A DNA stretch of 64,000 bases from Alphaproteobacteria bacterium (lineage in GTDB: Bacteria; Pseudomonadota; Alphaproteobacteria; MPNO01), in NCBI GenBank assembly GCA_965248835.1, contig CBDFLJ010000001.1, forward strand, positions 1,600,001 through 1,664,000. Direction: 5' to 3'. Shown piece after piece: positions 61,866 through 64,000 of the stretch (position 1 is its first letter; the number at the start of each line of letters is the position of its first letter). The translations under genes were made by a program, and so were the position numbers. The notes under the pieces were generated by a model that was given only the letters and a program-made list of their open reading frames with translations, was not told the origin of the DNA and did no database searches.

Positions 61866-64000
61866 ATGACAGGGAGACCGGAGCGCGGCCAGGCGGACGG
61901 CGTGATCGGCCGGTCGATCCCCCGGCCCAACGCCCGCGGTCCGGCCGGCGGCCGGGGCCGCTACGTTGGCGACGTGGCTTTCGCCCGACTGCTCGAGGTG
62001 GCCTTCGTCCGCAGCCCGCACGCCCATGCGAGGATCGCCGCCATCGACAGCGCGGCTGCCGAGCGGCTGCCCGGCGTGGTCCGCGTCCTTGCCGGTGCGG
62101 AGCTTGCGGACCGCACCAGCCCGTGGCAGGGGCTGGCGGCGAACCTGCCCACCCTGCGCTCGGTGCCGCAATACGGCCTCGCGGTCGAGCGTGCGCGCTG
62201 GCAGGGCGAGCCCGTGGTCGCGATCGCCGCCCGCAGCCGCGCGGTGGCCGAGGACGCGGCCGAGCTGGTCAGGATCGACTGGGAACCCTTGCCGGTTCTC
62301 GCCGATGTCGAGACCGCGCTCGATGACGGTGCGCCGGTGCTTCATCCCGAGCTCGGCGACAACACCCTGTTCGAGCGTGCGGTCGACAACGGCGCGGTCG
62401 ATCAGGCCTTCGCCGCCGCTCATACGGTGGTCGAGGCCAGCTTTCGCTTCGGCCGCCACACCGGAGTCACGCTGGAGGCGCGGGTCCTCGTCGCCGACTT
62501 CGATCCCGCCGGCGGCATGCTCACGCTGCATTACGGCGGTCAGGCGCCACACATGTCACAGGTCCTGTTCGCTCGGCATCTCGGGCTCGAGGAACAGAAG
62601 GTCCGGGTGATCGCCCATGAGGTCGGCGGCTCCTACGGCATCAAGAGCCATTTTTACGGCGACGAGCTTGCCGTGGCGGCGCTGTCGGTGATCACCGGGC
62701 GGCCGGTCCGCTACTTCGCCGACCGCCTGGAATCATTCGTTTCGGATATCCATTTCCGCGATCACGCGGTCCGTGCGCGGATGGCGCTGGACGCCCAGGG
62801 CAGGATCACCGGGCTCGACGTCGACGACCTGATCGGCGCCGGCGCTTATTCGGCCTATCCGCGCACCAGCGCGTTGGAGGCGAACCAGGTCCTCAACCTT
62901 ACCGGCGGACCGTACCGCATCGCCAACTACCGCAACCGCGCCCGCGTGGTCTTTCAGAACAAGGTGCCGATCGCGCAGTACCGCGGTGTCGGCCACCCGA
63001 TCGCGGCGATGGTCGCCGAGGGGCTGATCGAGAAGGCGGCGCGGGCGCTGGAAATCGACATCTTCGACATCAGGCGGCGCAATTTCCATCCCTGCGACGG
63101 CGATCCGTCGACGACGCCGTCGGGCATCGGGCTGGTCGATCTTTCCTACAACGCCTGCCTGGACCGGCTGCGCGCGTTGATGGACTACGATGCGCTGTGC
63201 GCCGATCAGGCCGCACGCCGAAATGACGGGATCTGGCGCGGTATCGGCATCGCGGCCTTCATCAAGACGACCAACCCGCCGGTTCAGGCCTACGGCCCCG
63301 CCGGCGCACCGATCTCGGCCCAGGACGGCACCACCGTCCGGCTCGAGCCTTCGGGCGCGATCACCTGCCTGACCGGCGTGACCGAACAGGGCCAGGGGAC
63401 CGATACGGTGCTCGCCCAGATCGCGGCCGAGACCCTCGGCGTGCCGTTCGAATCGGTCCGGGTGGTAAACGGGGATACCGATTCCGCGCCCTATGGCGGC
63501 GGGACCTACGGCTCGCGCGGCGTCGGCATCGGCGGCGAGGCGACGCGGCTGGCCGCGGCGGCGCTGAACGAGGAGATCCGCGCGCTGGCCGGATCCTTGT
63601 TGCAACGCCAGGCAGCCGACCTCGAGATCGCGGGCGGCGTGATCCGCGAACGTTCCGACGGCACCGCGCGGATGACGCTCGCCGAGCTCGGCCAAATCGC
63701 CTTCTTCCGCTCCTTCGAGCTGCCCGAGGGCGTCTATCCCGCGCTCACCCAGACCCGCCGGTTCATGGTGCGCGAGAACGTGTTCACCAACGGCGTCCAC
63801 GGCGCCCATGTCGAGCTCGACTCCGAAATCGGGACGATCCGCGTGCTGGGCTACTGGGCGGTCGATGACGTGGGCGTGCGGATCAACCCGCTGCTGGTCG
63901 ACGAGCAGGCCCGCGGCGCCATCGTCCAGGGTTTCGGCGATGCGCTCTACGAGCACACGCTCTATGACGATGCGGGTCAGCTCCTCAACGGGACGATGGT
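61866..64000 (+). CDS. xanthine dehydrogenase/CoxL-like molybdopterin-binding subunit (runs off window edge)
   Basis: Manual translation IGRSIPR, FVRSPHAHA, GGSYGIK, QYRGVG, GQG, TYGSR; no stop seen. Confidence 0.9.
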   Translation, partial: MTGRPERGQADGVIGRSIPRPNARGPAGGRGRYVGDVAFARLLEVAFVRSPHAHARIAAIDSAAAERLPGVVRVLAGAELADRTSPWQGLAANLPTLRSVPQYGLAVERARWQGEPVVAIAARSRAVAEDAAELVRIDWEPLPVLADVETALDDGAPVLHPELGDNTLFERAVDNGAVDQAFAAAHTVVEASFRFGRHTGVTLEARVLVADFDPAGGMLTLHYGGQAPHMSQVLFARHLGLEEQKVRVIAHEVGGSYGIKSHFYGDELAVAALSVITGRPVRYFADRLESFVSDIHFRDHAVRARMALDAQGRITGLDVDDLIGAGAYSAYPRTSALEANQVLNLTGGPYRIANYRNRARVVFQNKVPIAQYRGVGHPIAAMVAEGLIEKAARALEIDIFDIRRRNFHPCDGDPSTTPSGIGLVDLSYNACLDRLRALMDYDALCADQAARRNDGIWRGIGIAAFIKTTNPPVQAYGPAGAPISAQDGTTVRLEPSGAITCLTGVTEQGQGTDTVLAQIAAETLGVPFESVRVVNGDTDSAPYGGGTYGSRGVGIGGEATRLAAAALNEEIRALAGSLLQRQAADLEIAGGVIRERSDGTARMTLAELGQIAFFRSFELPEGVYPALTQTRRFMVRENVFTNGVHGAHVELDSEIGTIRVLGYWAVDDVGVRINPLLVDEQARGAIVQGFGDALYEHTLYDDAGQLLNGTM

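Noticed and set aside
61866-64000. Aerobic CO dehydrogenase large subunit
   Set aside because: Lacks the AYRCSFR loop; has QYRGVG

Overview
GC-rich alphaproteobacterial chromosome segment; gene order suggests a Rhodospirillales-like organism (inference). A housekeeping backbone (moaE-moaD-moeA-mobB-pgsA-uvrC-folB-SDR-uvrB, aspartate aminotransferase, EF-G paralogue, msrP, lsrB-like/trxB/lrp/greA, yqeY-dnaG-rpoD, tRNA-Ile2, ubiH-like, aminotransferase-ftsK-lolA-xth) is interleaved with accessory blocks. These are: a partly eroded VOC/LLM/FAH/isochorismatase/GST catabolic cluster (13.9-20.8 kb); a convergent TRAP system; a coxMNOPQ-type alternative heme-copper oxidase next to a His-rich three-gene membrane/cupredoxin-like module; a 10 kb operon (amidohydrolase, Rieske ferredoxin, FAD-less molybdenum hydroxylase, ABC transporter, split TPP decarboxylase); and a Rieske oxygenase divergent from a second Mo-hydroxylase. 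Best leads: (1) the amidohydrolase has a C-terminal extension resembling the anticodon-binding domain of class I lysyl-tRNA synthetase; (2) an unannotated AbcR-like sRNA candidate with a LysR box downstream of the lsrB-like gene; (3) several tiny gene relics (TRAP operon, ctaB, LysR, Rv2004c-like kinase) suggesting deletional erosion; (4) a dispersed short palindromic repeat. No integrase, transposase or CRISPR array was seen. All calls come from motif recognition by eye; no database searches were run.
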